This document shows, piece after piece, positions 1 to 15,504 of a stretch of DNA of 64,000 bases (positions are counted from its first letter, which is position 1; each line of letters begins with the position of its first letter). The position numbers were made by a program, and so were the translations under genes. The notes below the pieces were generated by a model. The model did no database searches. It was not told the DNA's origin and worked only from the letters and a program-made list of their open reading frames with translations. The DNA is from Camelus dromedarius (lineage: Eukaryota): assembly GCF_036321535.1 (NCBI RefSeq), contig NC_087437.1:65970001-66034000 (forward strand), given 5' to 3'.

Positions 1-630
1 GCCAAGTCTCAGTGCTAATGTCCAAAATGTCAGCCTCCTAGAAGGAGAATTCATTCAGATGAACACCCCTGAATGTCCACCACTGTGTCCACGCCCCCAG
101 GCTGAGCCACAGCCACTCCACGCCTCCCCAGGAGACTCCCAAGCCCAGCAGGTAGGTCCGGTCCAGGCTCTTACGAAATTACTGCTTTTGTCCTTGGTTT
201 CAGTGCGTGTGAGATCTTCTGTGTGACCCTTAAGCATGCAGTCTCTGATTCCCTCAGTCCCCTGGAACTCCAGTAATCAAGCCCCATTGGCTTTCAAAAC
301 CAACATTCTGGGTTCTCCTCTTCCCAGGGCCAGACTCCCGGGCTGGGGAGCCTGATATGGGACTCAGAACTTTCACTCCCGTGGGAGAATCTCTACAATA
401 TAATTATTCTCCAGTTTGTGGGTTGCCCACCAGGCATGTTTGGGACCTGATTATAACAAGAGTCTGTCCCTCCTACCAGTCTCGTTGTGGTTTCTTCTTC
501 AAGTTTTTAGCTACAGATACTTTCTGGTAGTTTCGAGTCTTTTTTATCACTAGTTGTTCTGCAGTGAGTCATGGTATTGGTGTGTCTGTGAGAGGAGGTG
601 AACTCCAGCTGCTCCTACTCTGCCTCTTCA
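1..630 (-). mobile_element. LINE-1 5' UTR (element extends beyond window start)
   Basis: The reverse complement near 630 reads GAAGAGGCAGAGTAGGAG, resembling the GAAGATGGCGGAGTAGGAG start of mammalian L1. The remainder resembles laurasiatherian L1 5' UTR (recall). Confidence 0.65.
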
Positions 631-644
631 AAGGCAGTCCCTGA

Positions 645-944
645 TGCGGTTCTAAATGTAGATACTTAAGACAATTATATTATAAATGGGGGAGGGTAAA
701 GATACATAAAGTGGGGTAAGGCCTCTCCAACATTACTCAAACTGATAAAATGACGACACCAAAAGACGGATAACTTAAGTAGTATCATGTAATACTTAGA
801 GCAACTACTAAAAAAGCTATTCAAAGACATACATTCAAAACACTACAGGTAAATCAAAATGGAATTATTAAAAATGTTAAGGTAACCCATAGGAAGGCAA
901 AAAACAAACAAAACAGAAAACAGAAAACAAAAAATAAAATGGAA
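645..944 (+). mobile_element. Old LINE-1 (L1M-type) inter-ORF region, left part, interrupted by the CDK2AP1 retrocopy
   Basis: A-rich L1-like sequence that joins the ORF2 start at 2150 once the insert and one TSD copy are removed. Confidence 0.6.
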
Positions 945-2149
945 ATAATAAAAAATGCTCAGGAGCTCACAAGTGCACAGGCCAGCACACAAATGCCAGG
1001 GTTGCTAAGCCGCCACTGCCACCCGCCTGTGGGCCCAGGCTTGCCACTGCCACACTCACAGGCCTGCTCCTGGCTGCAACCAAGCGCCATCCACCACTGG
1101 TGGGGTAGGGGAGGCATATTCTCCAAACTAAACTTGACTTCACAGGCCCATGGTCTCGCTCAACAAGGCTGGAAGCGTCCACTCACCTTTTACCTTCATG
1201 GCAATGTCCTTATAGGACCACCACCTGTTGAGTGACTGCAGGCCACCATCCCTAGACTACACCCAGGGAGCTGAGAACAGCCCAGTACCTCAGCAAATAT
1301 GCAGAGCTGCTGACCATCACTACAGTTGGGAAAAGTGATCAGACCACCTACACTGAGGTATCATCCACACTAAAGGACTGGTTAGGGAGTGCTTGGCTGA
1401 CACAGAACACAGTGCCAGACCCTAGCTACCATGTTAGTTTTGAAAGGTTTTTCCTTTTTTTTTTTTTTTTTTTTAACAAGAAGTTACAATTGTCTCTTCT
1501 GTTCAGATGAAACATGTTTTCAAAATGGTAATGGTTTGGATTTTCCTCCCCTTTCCCTCTCATGGCTTACTAGGCTCTGAACCTATAGAAAAGATTTTAC
1601 AGTTGGTTAGAATTTGCATTTTAAGTAGTTAGGAACTATTCAGGGTTTTTATTTTAAAGCATTGATTAAAAAGGTGCACATAAAAGTATCTACTCTTGTA
1701 GCAAACTATAGTTTGCCTCCAAGATACCAGTGTCCCACTTTAATCTTCTCTGTTGAATACATTTATGTAACCCAAATTGTTCCTTATTCTTTCTCATAAG
1801 CCAACACAACTCTAAGGATTTTGTTTTTAATGAATACTAACAGCCCACTTCATGTTTTTAAATTTTTATTTTACTGACAGCTATACAATACAGATTCTAC
1901 ATAATATAACTTTTATTTTGCTTAAGCATTTGCATGACTATTACTGTTTTGAAGTCAGTTTAAAAAACTCACAAGCTATAAATACAGAAAAAAGAGCACT
2001 CAACCCAATAACAATTTTCATACTAAGACTGCAGATTTTGGTTTTGTCTTTACTGTAAGTTGATCAAAACGTCCGGAAAAAAAGACTAAAACTGTATTCA
2101 TCTTTGTGTGTATTTATTATTTGATGTAATAAAGCTTATTTTCATTAAC
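945..2149 (+). pseudogene. CDK2AP1: Processed pseudogene of CDK2AP1 (DOC-1)
   Basis: Manual translation of ~1116-1425 gives [71 protein letters not shown]. This matches CDK2AP1 ([65 protein letters not shown]). It is intronless, with ATA at the start position (1116), an in-frame TAG (1213-1215), indels, AATAAA at 2128-2133 and a TSD at 928-944 / 2149-2165 (16 of 17 identical). Confidence 0.92.
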
Positions 2150-2535
2150 AAAAAATTAAATGGAAGATTAAGGCCCTAACATATTAATAATTACATTAAA
2201 TGCAAATGGTCTAAATACACCAATCAGAAGACAGAGATTGGCAGGTTAGATTTAAAAACATGACCCAATTTATATGCTGTCTATAAGAGACTCATTGCAA
2301 ATATGATGATATAGGCCAGTTGAAAGTAAAGGTATGGAGAAAGATATACCATGCAAACATTAATCAAAGGAAATCAGGAATATTAGGAACAAATAAAGTA
2401 GACATCAGAGCAAAGAAACTTGCCAGAGACAGACACATTACAGAATAATAGCCAATTCATCAATCTTAAATATGTTTCCACCAAACAACAGCACTGCAAA
2501 AACCAACAGAACTGAAAGGAGAAATAGAGGAATTC
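2150..2535 (+). mobile_element. Old LINE-1 ORF2 endonuclease N-terminal remnant
   Basis: Translates as NILIITLNANGLNTPIRRQRLAG*I*KHDP, compared with L1 ORF2 ITILTLNVNGLNSPIKRHRLASWIKSQDP. Degenerate. Confidence 0.85.
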
Positions 2536-4440
2536 TGGAAACCAAAGGAAAACAGTAAAAATGGACTTTGCACAGATGGGCCAGGCTGGGTCCAGTGAGA
2601 GACAGAGTCAGCTAGGTATGATGGGGCCTGAGGAGTCTGGAAGAGTTTGGTATGCAAGATGATTTCAAGAGGCATACCACTGAACTTTTTTTTTTTCGCT
2701 TTATACTTAAGAATTTAATGTTATTAGGGGGGAAAAAATACACTGGGCACAGCAGGTAGAAACACAGTTACACAGACCACCTAGATTAACAGACTTTGCC
2801 ATGAATTTTCCAGACCTTTGAGTACTAAACATTTCACCATGACATTTAGCAAGAATGACTGATCTTATTGTCTCTCCCACAGTGGTCTTGGTAGGCTATC
2901 GTTCCCACACTGAGATTGCCTCCAGATTGGGGGTGGGATGTCAAGGCATCCCAACCATATCACACCACGCACTCTGAACCCAGGAAGCATCTAAGCTTAG
3001 TGGCAACATGTCACCAAGTGGCCAGTCTTGAACCTGGACCACAGAGTATTTTCACATATTTAAATTAAGCAGCTCTTTTCTGAATGCATTTGAATTATAT
3101 TTACTATTTGATTGTGATTGTTTTTTAACTTCATTTTTTTTAAGTGTAATTTTTGTTTTCACAGTGTGTATGTCAGTAGCGTGTTGAACAAGTATGACTG
3201 TGACACAAAGTCCAGCTTGATATTTTGTTTCCCAGGTCTCCTTTAAACTTGATCCAGTGGGAAAGCTTCTTTTTTTTTTTTTTTTTAACTAACACTGGAT
3301 AATATTTCAGCAGGCTCAATGTCTTTTTTTCACTAACTCTTAGGAAAAAGACAGCCTTACAGTCTTTTATGTTCTAACTCAGTCTTAATTTGGTAATTTG
3401 AATGTCAAGTCCTGGATATTAGCCAACCAACCTCCTCTCCCTCCCCTGGGCAAGGCTTTTACTTGACAGCTGCCTGCCTTCCAGGAAGGGAGTGTGGTTG
3501 GCGTCTGCTCCCTCCACTCACTTCCCCCTTCACTTGTTAGCTGCTGTTTTACTTCTTCCCAAATTAGAAAAGAGGAGGTCAGGGAGAGGAGAGGTAAAGG
3601 AGATATGACAGTATTTTCTGGCTAGTGGCTAAGCGCTCTGTTGGCTAAGTAGGTCACACCTGAGTTCTCGCCTGTGCACTTCCACAAAGATTTCTATCAC
3701 TCCCTCTGGCAGGGCACTTAACTCAAGTATTTCTAGTCCTTTCACAGCCCCTAAAACGCCAGCATTTCACTCCAACTTCTTCTTGCCGGAGTTCCTCCAG
3801 GTCACTTAATTGCAAGGACCCTAGGTAACCCAACTTCTCTTTCTCCCAAGTTGGCCACATCTGGTCCATGGGAAACAGTCACACTTTCCTTGTCCCCAAA
3901 ACACTAAGAATGCAGCCCACTCCTAACATAACCACTTCTGCCTTTTCTTAGGTGGGATTTGGTTGCAATTGCTCTATATCCCCTAACTGCAGGGAACGCA
4001 CTCCGTAGCACTCTGTGTGGTCCCAGGGAAGCTCGTCACTCTGGGTCTGAAGAGAAGGAAGTACTCCCTTCCCTGGGTCTCTGATATAGCACCAGATCCC
4101 TCCTAAGAGTTCCTTCACAAATCCTCCTCTCCCTCCACACTCTGATTCATTTGAAATATCATTTATTTGGCTGAAGGGTACAAAAATTATGGAACCAATT
4201 ATCCACAATTTCCTGGGTAAACTTGCATATGAGGTGGCACTCCCCACCAAAAAAACCTTTGCATTTGAGGAGTCCATCTTACACTAACTTTCTAATGCAT
4301 TATATATTGTATATGGCATTGGAACCTCAGTCAAAAACTGTGGTTAGAAACCAATTCTAACATCCTGCTATATTTATTTGTATGATTATTTTCTACTTAA
4401 GGAAAGTGAGAGTTTGGTAGAGTATGGTAGAGAGAATTTA

Positions 4441-6198
<1,758 letters not shown>

Positions 6199-7257
6199 TT
6201 ATTTTTTTAAATTAATGTGTTACAGAGTGAGTTGATTTTTTTAAAATATTAAGTAATAAAAATACAGGAGGTAACATAGATAAGGCTAAAACACAGAGAC
6301 AGCATATGTGTAATAGTCATCAGATTATAAGTCTAAGATATTTTATAGAGATTAATATGGTAGAAGTGAGAAGAATACATTGGAGGAAGGAGAAAATGTA
6401 GTTTTCCCATGAGTGAATGTATGAATGAATGAATGTAGTTTTCCCCTACACAGTCATGAAGAAGATTTAATAGCTGGTATGGGGCACATTTGGAAATAGA
6501 ATGCCTTCTGAGAGTTAAAGTATAGCATAGACTGTAGTGGACTGTTGTGCCCTTTGTTTGCCGTATTCTGCGACTTCTGAGGAAACTGCACTATTCCTCC
6601 CAAATGAGTATAAAATAAAAGCACTGCGTTCAAAGGGACCTCATTCCCTAGCCACAGCTGATTGTTCCACGACAGGAAATTGACTTGATTGGCTATAATT
6701 GGCTAATTATACTCCTTCCTTAGGAATTTGGAATTAGGACCAAGAGATTACAACTCAGTTTGACTGTCCTTCAGAAATGGATTAACCATTAGTATGCTGA
6801 CATATTATATTTCCGAGCTTGTAAAATGGGCAGCTCTCATCTCAGAGCCTGATGATATGTGTTACCCAAACTCATGGAAACTAATGAGCAAAAAACCAGA
6901 ACTCTGACTTTTACATTTACATTGAGAAATATAATGATCCAATAAACTAGATATTTCGGTGTACAGATCAGCATATTCTGTCACTGTAGGTTAATCTACA
7001 TAAGCAGCCAAATTATCAGAAAGATCCTTGAAATCAGAACAAGGGATGCTAGCTGAGTGAGCATAGTGGCTTGTGAAAATCTAGACCAAAATAACACAAG
7101 GCATCATCTCCTCCAAGGGGATATGCAACCTTGGGTCACATCCTGTGTTCTTTGTGGTAGGATGCCTTTTCCACCCGGCGCTGAAAAACACTCTTTGTCA
7201 TTCCATTGCCAGCTAACATCATTTTTAATCGGCATTTTCTTTTTTAAATATCCCAAA

Positions 7258-7752
7258 TATGGTAAGCTATATAATGGTCCCCTGAAAAACATCCACATCC
7301 TAATCCCTGAAATCTGTAAATGTTACCTTATATGGCAAAAGGGGTCTTTGCAGATGTGATTACATTAAATATCTTTAGGTGAAGAGTGTCTCGGATTTTC
7401 TGGCTGGGCCTAAATGCAATCAGGGTGTCTCTATAAAAGTAGGGAGATTTGATGCACAGACAAAAAATGGGAAGGCAACACGACCCCAGAGGCAGAGATT
7501 GAAGTGACTGATGTGGCCACAAGTCAAGGAACTGACAGCCACTAGAAGCTGGAAGATGTAGGACACAGATTCTCTCCTAGAGTGTCTGGAAGGAGTACAG
7601 CCCAGGAGTGAGCCTGGCCCTACTGACACCTTGATTTTAGTCCAGTGTTACTGATTTTGGACTTTTGACCTCCTGAACTGTAGGAAAATTAATTTCTGAT
7701 TTTTAAACCAAGTTTGTGGTAACTTTTTGCAGCAGCCACAAGAATCTAACAA
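7258..7752 (+). mobile_element. MaLR solo LTR (MLT1D-like)
   Basis: Contains ATCCACATCCTAATCCCTGAAATCTGTAAATGTTACCTTATATGGCAAAAGGGGTCTTTGCAGATGTGATTA and a TTTGTGGTAACTTTTTGCAGCAGCCACAAGAATCTAACA end. Confidence 0.85.
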
Positions 7753-8809
7753 ACCAGTGCTTACAGCTTCAGCTTGAGAGTCACCCTTGCTCCTACAAAT
7801 GACTTTACATGACTAAATTCTGATTCATTATGTGTGTGAAGTAACAGAACTGACTTTAGCAACCTCAAGCAGAAAAGAGAATTTGTAATTAGGGTCCAGA
7901 GGAGTCTCATGGAGCCTGAAGGCAGAAGTGCAGCTGGACCTCAAGAACAGATGGAACCAGGCTACCTGAAACCCGCTTTTACAGTCTCTCATCTCTGCTC
8001 CTTTCTGAGCATCTCTCTCCTTCGTGGCCTCTCTTGCGGCAGTCAGGCTTTCTCTGTTACTCAGCCCACATCACAGTAATGGCTTCTTCCTCCAAAAGCT
8101 CTCAGCCGTAAATGTTGTTTCCTCAGCTGTTAAATGAAAAAGTTGGATAATATGCTTTGGAAGCTCCCTCTGGCTCTGAAATCTGATGGAATTCTATTAA
8201 GAGTCCCGCGTGGTGGGTGGAAGGGATCTTAGGAGTGGGAAGCTAACAGCAGTGGGTGTGAGGGAGCAGAAGTGCCACAGGGAAGGTAGCTGCAGGGTGA
8301 GGCTCAGAGGGCAGAGCTAGGATCTCTTAAGGCCCAGTGAAGTCATGGGCTTGGCCAGCTGGAGAAGAGAGTTTGACAAGTGGCACGGAGTGGGGGTTCA
8401 CTGTGACACTGTAAGCAGGCACTATCCGCTTCATTCCTGACGGCTGACAGATTCTCTAGCTAGGTTGTTGCTGACCTCTAATCAGCATCAATTACTTATG
8501 GATTCCTTCCCCTCTTTTGGCAGGAAGACACTTTCTTTTTTTAACAGAAATGGGTCATACTGCCACATCCTATACATGTATTAACTCAGCACACTTCCTT
8601 CTGGCTCTGGAGGAATGTTCCGACTGGCCTTGGAATCACAGTGTGACAACTAGACACGTGTATGCCCATATCCTTCACCTGGATAATCCCACCTGTCACA
8701 TGATACCTCCTCTGGGACCCTTTCCCGAAGTGTCATGTGGAGCACCCTTATGTGTACCCACAGCACCCCTTACTTGTCATTAAGCTTATCACCCTGGCTT
8801 AGTCATTGA

Positions 8810-8925
8810 TTTTCTTGTCTCCCTCCACCAACCTATGGTTCCAAACTGTGTCTCTTTCACCTACAGCTCCTGTGCCTAGCACAGAGCATTGAACATGGTA
8901 GAGACCCCACAAATGTTGAATGTTG
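8810..8925 (+). mobile_element. L2 3'-end fragment
   Basis: GTGCCTAGCACAGAGCATTGAACATGGTAG...CAAATGTTGAATG resembles the L2 3' terminus. Confidence 0.55.
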
Positions 8926-9984
8926 AGAGGGTCAAGTGTCCATTTACCTGCCTTCATGATGCTGCTCTTCTGACAGAAACCGCTGGCCCCTTCCATGTTT
9001 CCTGCTTCCAAATTGTGATCCCTTTCATGTTAAAATGAAGCATAATTTCATCATGAGCATAGTGAAAATGAGATGCTTACTACCCTAAACAGAGAAGAGT
9101 CGATGATTTCTTAAACTAGTTTGATTTTTTTTTTTTTGTCTACCAAAATCTAAATGAGATTTTTTTTTTTTTTAAACATGGCAAATGTCCTGGGAAATAT
9201 AGGAAGGGAGGATAGAGAGGAAAACCAGCCCTTCCTGCTGCCAGCCTAGACCCTGAAGGGAAGCCCTCCAGGCATCCTCCCAGCATTGTAATGGCATGGC
9301 GTACACTCACCCACTCCGAGTTCCCCTGTGGCTTTATTTCTCACGTTCCTATAGTTTGGAAAGCAGAGTGAATTCATTTTGAGACTTCAGCTTATGTGCA
9401 GCATTCTAATGATTAAATCCATCTAGAGAAACAGCACTCACTGCCTGACTGAGGTTACTGTTGTGTGGTTAGCTCAGCATATATTTTCCAAGTGTAAAAG
9501 GAAAGGGTTGATGTGTGGAACCTCAGAAGAAATATCTTACTTGGCACCTGCTCCAACTACTTCCTCAGAATCACCCCACCCCAGGCCATCTATCTTCTCT
9601 CAAGGGTTTCATTTCCTATCCAGGGCCCCAGAAGTTTAGAGGAGCTGTGAATCACCTCAGGGAGGGGCTCCCACTCAGGAAGGAGACACTTTTCTCACAT
9701 GGAATTTGGCAAGGGAAAGAGACTCAGCTTTACAGAACTGAGAGTATGACTCTCTCCCACTTTTTTTTTTTTTAATTAAGCAGCATAGACATAATTACTT
9801 CTGTCAAGGCCACATTGCTACTTCTAAAACCAAACTGAGTGTCTGGGTTGCAGGAAGAGGATGGAGGGTAGATGAGGTCATGAGGCCATGAGGAAGAACC
9901 CCTCACTACACTTCACAGAGGCAAGCCTTTGCTGATGTGCACACATTACATGCTGCCCTTCCAATGTTTCTTGTTACTCTAAAC

Positions 9985-10197
9985 CAGTGGTTCTCAACTG
10001 GGAATAATTTTGCTCTCTAGGCAACGTCTGACAAAGTCTGGGGACATTTTTAAAGGTTGTCACAACTTGGGAGGTGCTACTGGCATCAAGTGAGTAGAGT
10101 TTAGAGAAGCTGCTAAATCCCCTACAATGCACCAGGGCAGCCCCTGCAACAAAGAATTAACCAGCAACAAAGAATTAACCAGCCACAAAAGTTGACA
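9985..10197 (+). mobile_element. MER20 (hAT-Charlie) DNA transposon
   Basis: CAGTGGTTCTCAACTGGG...GGTTGTCACAACT...GGTGCTACTGGCATC...ACAAAGAATTA, with an internal 18-bp tandem duplication AACAAAGAATTAACCAGC. Confidence 0.85.
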
Positions 10198-11512
10198 ATG
10201 CCCCTCTCTAGAAACTTTGACTTCATGACCTCATTCCTGTCCATGGCATCAGCCACCTTCCCTAACTATAGCCCTGAACAACCTCCTGAGCTTCCTACCT
10301 TACACAGCCACAAAGATTACCTTAGCAGGTATCTTTACCTGGAGGTCCCAAAGTCTCCTCAAACTCCACATGCCAAAACTCGTCTTTATTCTCATTCAAC
10401 AAACATGAATACACTTGCTACATGATAGGCACTATACTCATGATGAAAACATGGGGCAAAGAAGATAGACTCTCTGCCACCTTAAAAATTCTGGTTTGTT
10501 GGAAATGTCTAAGCAGCCAAATAGGCAATTGTAATGATTGAGTGAGAAGTGATCATAAATCCAACAGAAGACTGGGTTTTAGAATTGGTGAGAGCTGACA
10601 TCCAAATATAGATTGTATGCAAATTTCACTCTACTGTTGTAGGCTCAACTGTCAGCAAAAGGATAAGAGACACCAACTAGAGATGCTTAATAAGCACAAG
10701 TTCTTGGATCTCCTCCAGTCTTTCCTGACACACGTTTTCTGTTGGTGACAATGGCCAATCTAGGATGGCAGTTTGGAGGTGGGCCCCTGTCAGGATATAG
10801 GAACTCAGGCCTTTGGGCATGTTACCCTGAAACTGTAGTTTAATTACCTGCATCAGTTGTAATTTCTGTTTTGTTTTGTTTATTCTTTCCCCTTAACATC
10901 AAGATTCAATGTATAATTTCTCACTCTGCCACAAATGCCATGTTTTTGCCCATCCAGAGGCTATATAATAATAAATAGACTCTACTCATGGGCTGTGGCA
11001 CTGTTTTTACATCAGTCACATTTAGCCTGAGGACATGGAGTATTGTTTAACTACCACAACATAGGCCTAGAAGGATTACGTGTGGCAGACTATTAAACGG
11101 TACTTTAAAAGGGAGAATCTAACTCAGGCTTGGAGGTTAAAGAAGGATTCCTGAAGAAGTATCTTTAAGATACGACCTGAAATACCAGGGAAAGTTATAC
11201 AGATGAAAGTTATGGTGGTGCATGGGTTCCTAGAGACTTTCCCTTGTTTTCTTGGTATGACCTTAGCCAGGTGTGTGAATTCCCCCAGTTTCTCTGGATG
11301 CTGTGACTGAGATACCTACCCTTACTTTCATCCCTGGCCCTCAGTAGTCCCAGCTTTCTTCTGTTTGGGGCAGTCATCATTTTCCAATCTGTCAGTTTTC
11401 AATTATCTGGAGGTTCTGAGAGCCTAGAAGATGTTACATTGTAACAGAACTTCAGTTTCCAATAAAATGAGAAAGTTGATTTAGACCCACACGGTGGGTG
11501 GTGGTGGTAGTA

Positions 11513-11716
11513 GTGGTAATTTCGCCCCTCAGGAGATATTTGACAATATCTGGAGACATTTTTAGTTGTCACAACTGGTGGGGGCAGAGGGGTGAGAGAG
11601 TATGCCAACGGCATCTATCAGGCAAACCAAACATCTTACAATGCAAAGCATAGTCTCCTAAAGCAAGTAATTATCTCAGCCCAGCATTGCAGCAGTGCCA
11701 AGGATGAGAAACACTG
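11513..11716 (+). mobile_element. MER20 DNA transposon
   Basis: TCTGGAGACATTTTTAGTTGTCACAACTGG...AGTGCCAAGGATGAGAAACACTG terminus. Confidence 0.8.
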
Positions 11717-11724
11717 AATTAGAC

Positions 11725-11878
11725 CATTCCCACTCAGAGTGTGTTCTGTAGACCAGCAGCCTTGATGTGACCTAGAAGCTCTTTAAAAATGCGGAATCTC
11801 AAGTACGAGGCTGAGAATCTGCATTTTAATAGGATTCCCAGGTGATTCCTGCACATATTAAAGTTTAAGAAACACTGC
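11725..11878 (+). mobile_element. MER5A-like DNA transposon
   Basis: GACCAGCAGC...AAATGCGGAATCTC...TCTGCATTTTAATAGGATTCCCAGGTGATTC...TAAAGTTTAAGAAACACTG. Confidence 0.8.
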
Positions 11879-11898
11879 AAAAATTCTTTCCAGCCTAA

Positions 11899-12397
11899 AT
11901 TAGTCCATGTTCTCCAGAAAAACAGAACCAAATAGGATGTGTACATATATATAGAAAGAGATTTATTGTAAGGAATTGGTTCACATGATTATGGGAGCTG
12001 ACAAGTCCCAAGATCTGCAGGGCAAGTCCAAAAGCTGGAGACCTGGACAGCCAATGGTGCAGCTCCAGTCTGAAGACCAGCAGCTCAAAACCCAGGAAGA
12101 AGATGTGTTAGTTCATGTCTGAATGCAGGAGAAAGCTGATGCCCCTGTTTGAAGGCTGTCAGGCAGCAGGAATTCTCTTATGCAAGGGAAGGTCAGCCTC
12201 TTTGGTCTATTCAAGCCTTCAACTAATTGGATGAGGCCCACCTACATTAGGGAGGGCAGTCTTCTTTAATCAGTCTACAGACTCAATTCCTAATCTCACC
12301 CAAAAACATCCTCACAGAAACACCCAGAATAATGCTTGACCAAATATTTGGGTACCCATGGCCCAGTCAAGTTGATAGATAAAATTTACCATCATAC
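11899..12397. mobile_element. ERVL solo LTR (MLT2-like)
   Basis: GTTCTCCAGAAAAACAGAACCAAATAGGATGTGT...AAGGAATTGGTTCACATGATTATGG...GGCCCAGTCAAGTTGATAGATAAAATTTACCATCA. Confidence 0.85.
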
Positions 12398-13202
12398 CAC
12401 TCTAAAAATTCCCTTTGTTTTCAAAATACTATATAGTCAGTCTTCACTAAGTCCTCTCACTCTATCCCTCCATGGAAGAAACTATTCAAAATCTTGTTTA
12501 AACAATGCTCTTCTGTTTCAAACTACTGCATTTTGCATGACTATATTTAGCTGTGCTGCTCATAGGTAAGCATTACATTTTAAGCAACTCACAGCTTGTT
12601 AGTTTCCAGGAACAAGGATTTCTAAACAAAGTAGTGTGTGGAAAAGCACTTTCGCACTAGAGGCAGGGGTGTGGTTAGCTGCCAGAAACTTGGCTAAAAC
12701 TTGTTTGGGAAACTGGGGTCTTTAATAGAGACACACCCAGATCACACCAAAGGGAGAAGAGAAATGAGTTACAGAGCAAAGGAAGGCTGGGAGGCGGCAC
12801 TGGTGACAGACAAGTTAGATTGAAAGACTGCAGAGAGCTGTTGGTGGAGGTATGAATTTTCAGTGGTCAGTACGGCCCATCAGTCAAGGCTCCAAGTTGG
12901 TTGCAAGCAACCAAACTTCATCTTTCCATCTAAACAGGATAAGGATAATGGAGTGAGCAGGGGGGAAGGGGAGCAATATGTTTATCTTCTCCTAGAAAAT
13001 ATAAGGAAGAGAGAAGAATTGGGATTTCTTTATATTATCTAATTTTACCTCTGAAGTAGGAATTACTATATCCGGTTTGTAGAAGATAAAAATTGAGGCT
13101 TTGAGATTAAGCTACTTTTCCAGGGACATGGAGCTAAAAGTGGGCTAACGAAAACTTACAACATAGTTTTCTCTAATTGCTGTTCATTACACTGAAGGCA
13201 AC

Positions 13203-13620
13203 TGTTATGGGTTGAATTCTGTCCATCTCCCTCACCCCATATGTTGAAGTCCTAACTTCCAGTACCTCAAAATGTAACCTTATTTGGAGATAGGGTCTTT
13301 ACAGAGGTAACCAAGTTAAAATGAGGTCATTAGGGTGGGCTCTAATCCAGTATGACTGGTGTCCTTGTAAGAAGGGGAAATTTGGAAACAGATGCAAATA
13401 GAGGGAAGATTGTGTGAAGAGACAGGGAGAAGATGGCCATTTAAAGCCGAGGATAGAGGCATGGAACAGATTCTTCCCTTACGGCCCTCAGAAGGAACCA
13501 ACGCCGCCAACATCTTGACTTCAGACTTCCAGGTTCCAGATCTGTGTGGCAAAAAAATGTCTGTTGTTGAAACCACCCAGTTCTTGGTGGTTAACAACAG
13601 CAACCCTAGCAAACTAATAT
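13203..13620 (+). mobile_element. MaLR solo LTR (MLT1B-like)
   Basis: TGTTATGGGTTGAATT...ATATGTTGAAGTCCTAAC...TTAAAATGAGGTCATTAGGGTGGGCTCTAATCCAGTATGACTGGTGTCCTT...CCCTAGCAAACTAATA. Confidence 0.88.
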
Positions 13621-15089
13621 GATGACTCTATAGTAAGGATTTAATCAAGAACACAAAAACCACTCAGTTATATTTTACTGAAAGAATTTTTTAAAAACTG
13701 ATTAAGCAGGTACTGGAGACTGAAAGGCAGGGGAGGAGCACTGAGGTAACAGAGAATTCAGAAAGCAGCCACCATCCCTAGGACAAGGGAAAAGAGAAGA
13801 GGTCAGGGTTGTCAGAATCTAGACTCTTGGAGGAGTGGCCCTGCTGAGCTGGGGCCCAGATGTGCGGGCTGCCTGTCAGTGCTGGTGCCTCTGGAGCTCA
13901 GAGAAGGGACCCACTAAGTCAGAACTCATCTCTGAAGAAGTGGAGCCAGTGTCTGGGGCTTGTATCTCCAAAGGGACGCTGAGGTTGATTCAAAAGTGTG
14001 GGAAAAAATGGAAACAAAAACCCATTGTCACAACAGGGTGAAGAACCTTTCCTGGGGTGACACTGATGGGAAGAGAAAGCGAATTTCCAAGAATCTTCTC
14101 CAGCCTTCTAGTCTCCCCTATTGTCAATAGTATCGCCTGTTGTCAGAGTGTCACAGGGAGCCAGCTAGTCAAGGAGAAATGTGGCTTGATGACATCTGTC
14201 TTATTATAAAGGTCTAGATGGTTTTCCTTCAAGAGAACCCTGCTCATCATCTCTCCTTTGGTCCCATTACTAGTCAGTCACCTTAGAACTTGGCGAAACT
14301 TATCTGCACCATCTGGTATACCAGCACTTTCTAAATTCCCTCAGGAATTCCCTTGCCCCAGGCCTTGCTCTCCTGTCATATGTTTTTATAATCTCACTCT
14401 CTCCAAGAGCTACTTCCTCTTTACCAAAAATATATCCAAGTCTTTTTCCATCTGAAAAAAAGGGTTCCCCAAGTCCAACTCCCTTTTCGTACTCTCATCC
14501 ACATATATCTTCACTTCTTCACTTTTCAGTCACACCTCCACTCATGCACTCTGTCATCTGTCACTATCACTCACTTAAATGCCTTCTGTTAAGCTCAGCA
14601 ATGACCAAATAATCAAATTTATTGTATACTTCTCTTACCTGACCTCTTGGTAGATCTTATAATGGTTTTGTCTTGGTTTAAAATTAATACACAGTCCTTC
14701 TAGACATTTTAGGAAATACAGAAAAGAATGAAATATAGTATAAAATAAAGTTATGAGGGGGTTCTGAGAAGCCATGGGGCATATATTAAAGAACTGGGGT
14801 CCTTGGAGGGAATACTAAAAAAGGAGAATAGAAATTTAAAACAGTTCAGAAGACACAAAGTATTCACACTGAAATCTCAACTATTGACAGTCTTTGGAGA
14901 ATAGTTCCGGATAATCCAGCATTCTGAATACCTAATGCTCATGCCTTTAACCAACAAGACATTTGAATCTTATTACATAAGGCTAAAAAATCTATTTTAA
15001 AAATAACATACCCCCCCCTTCTTCGGTGGAAAATAGCATACACAGATTAATCTTTTATCAATGGTTTAAGGTCATCATATGGTGAGTAG

Positions 15090-15330
15090 AAGTAATAATA
15101 GAACTATATTTGTTACCTGCCTGTTATGTGCCAGGCCTGTGCTAGATGTTTTGCACCTGTAACCTGAATGTAATCTCATCTAATTTGCACACCTCATCTG
15201 CATGTTATAAATGAGCAAACTGAGGCTCAGAGAAGTGAAGGAGATTATAAACTTCAGCCCATCTTCTAAGTGGCAGAGCCTAGATTTGGACTTGAAGCCT
15301 GATGTTCTTTCTATTACCCCAAAGCTGCTG
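15090..15330 (-). mobile_element. MIR SINE
   Basis: MIR core ATGAGCAAACTGAGGCTCAGAGAAGTGAAG, preceded by TATGTGCCAGGC. Confidence 0.75.
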
Positions 15331-15504
15331 CCTCTTTGAGGGGGTACGGGGAGCACTAGGTTCAATTGTGTGTCTTCTGAGAGACCTTGTGAAACCCCTT
15401 GGACTGCTCTGTGACTAAATTATGAAGCCTCAAGCAGACTTTTTTCAGTAGAATGCTGACAACAAAGAATTTGGATCTTGGCCTTCTTGTGTTTCAAAAT
15501 AATC

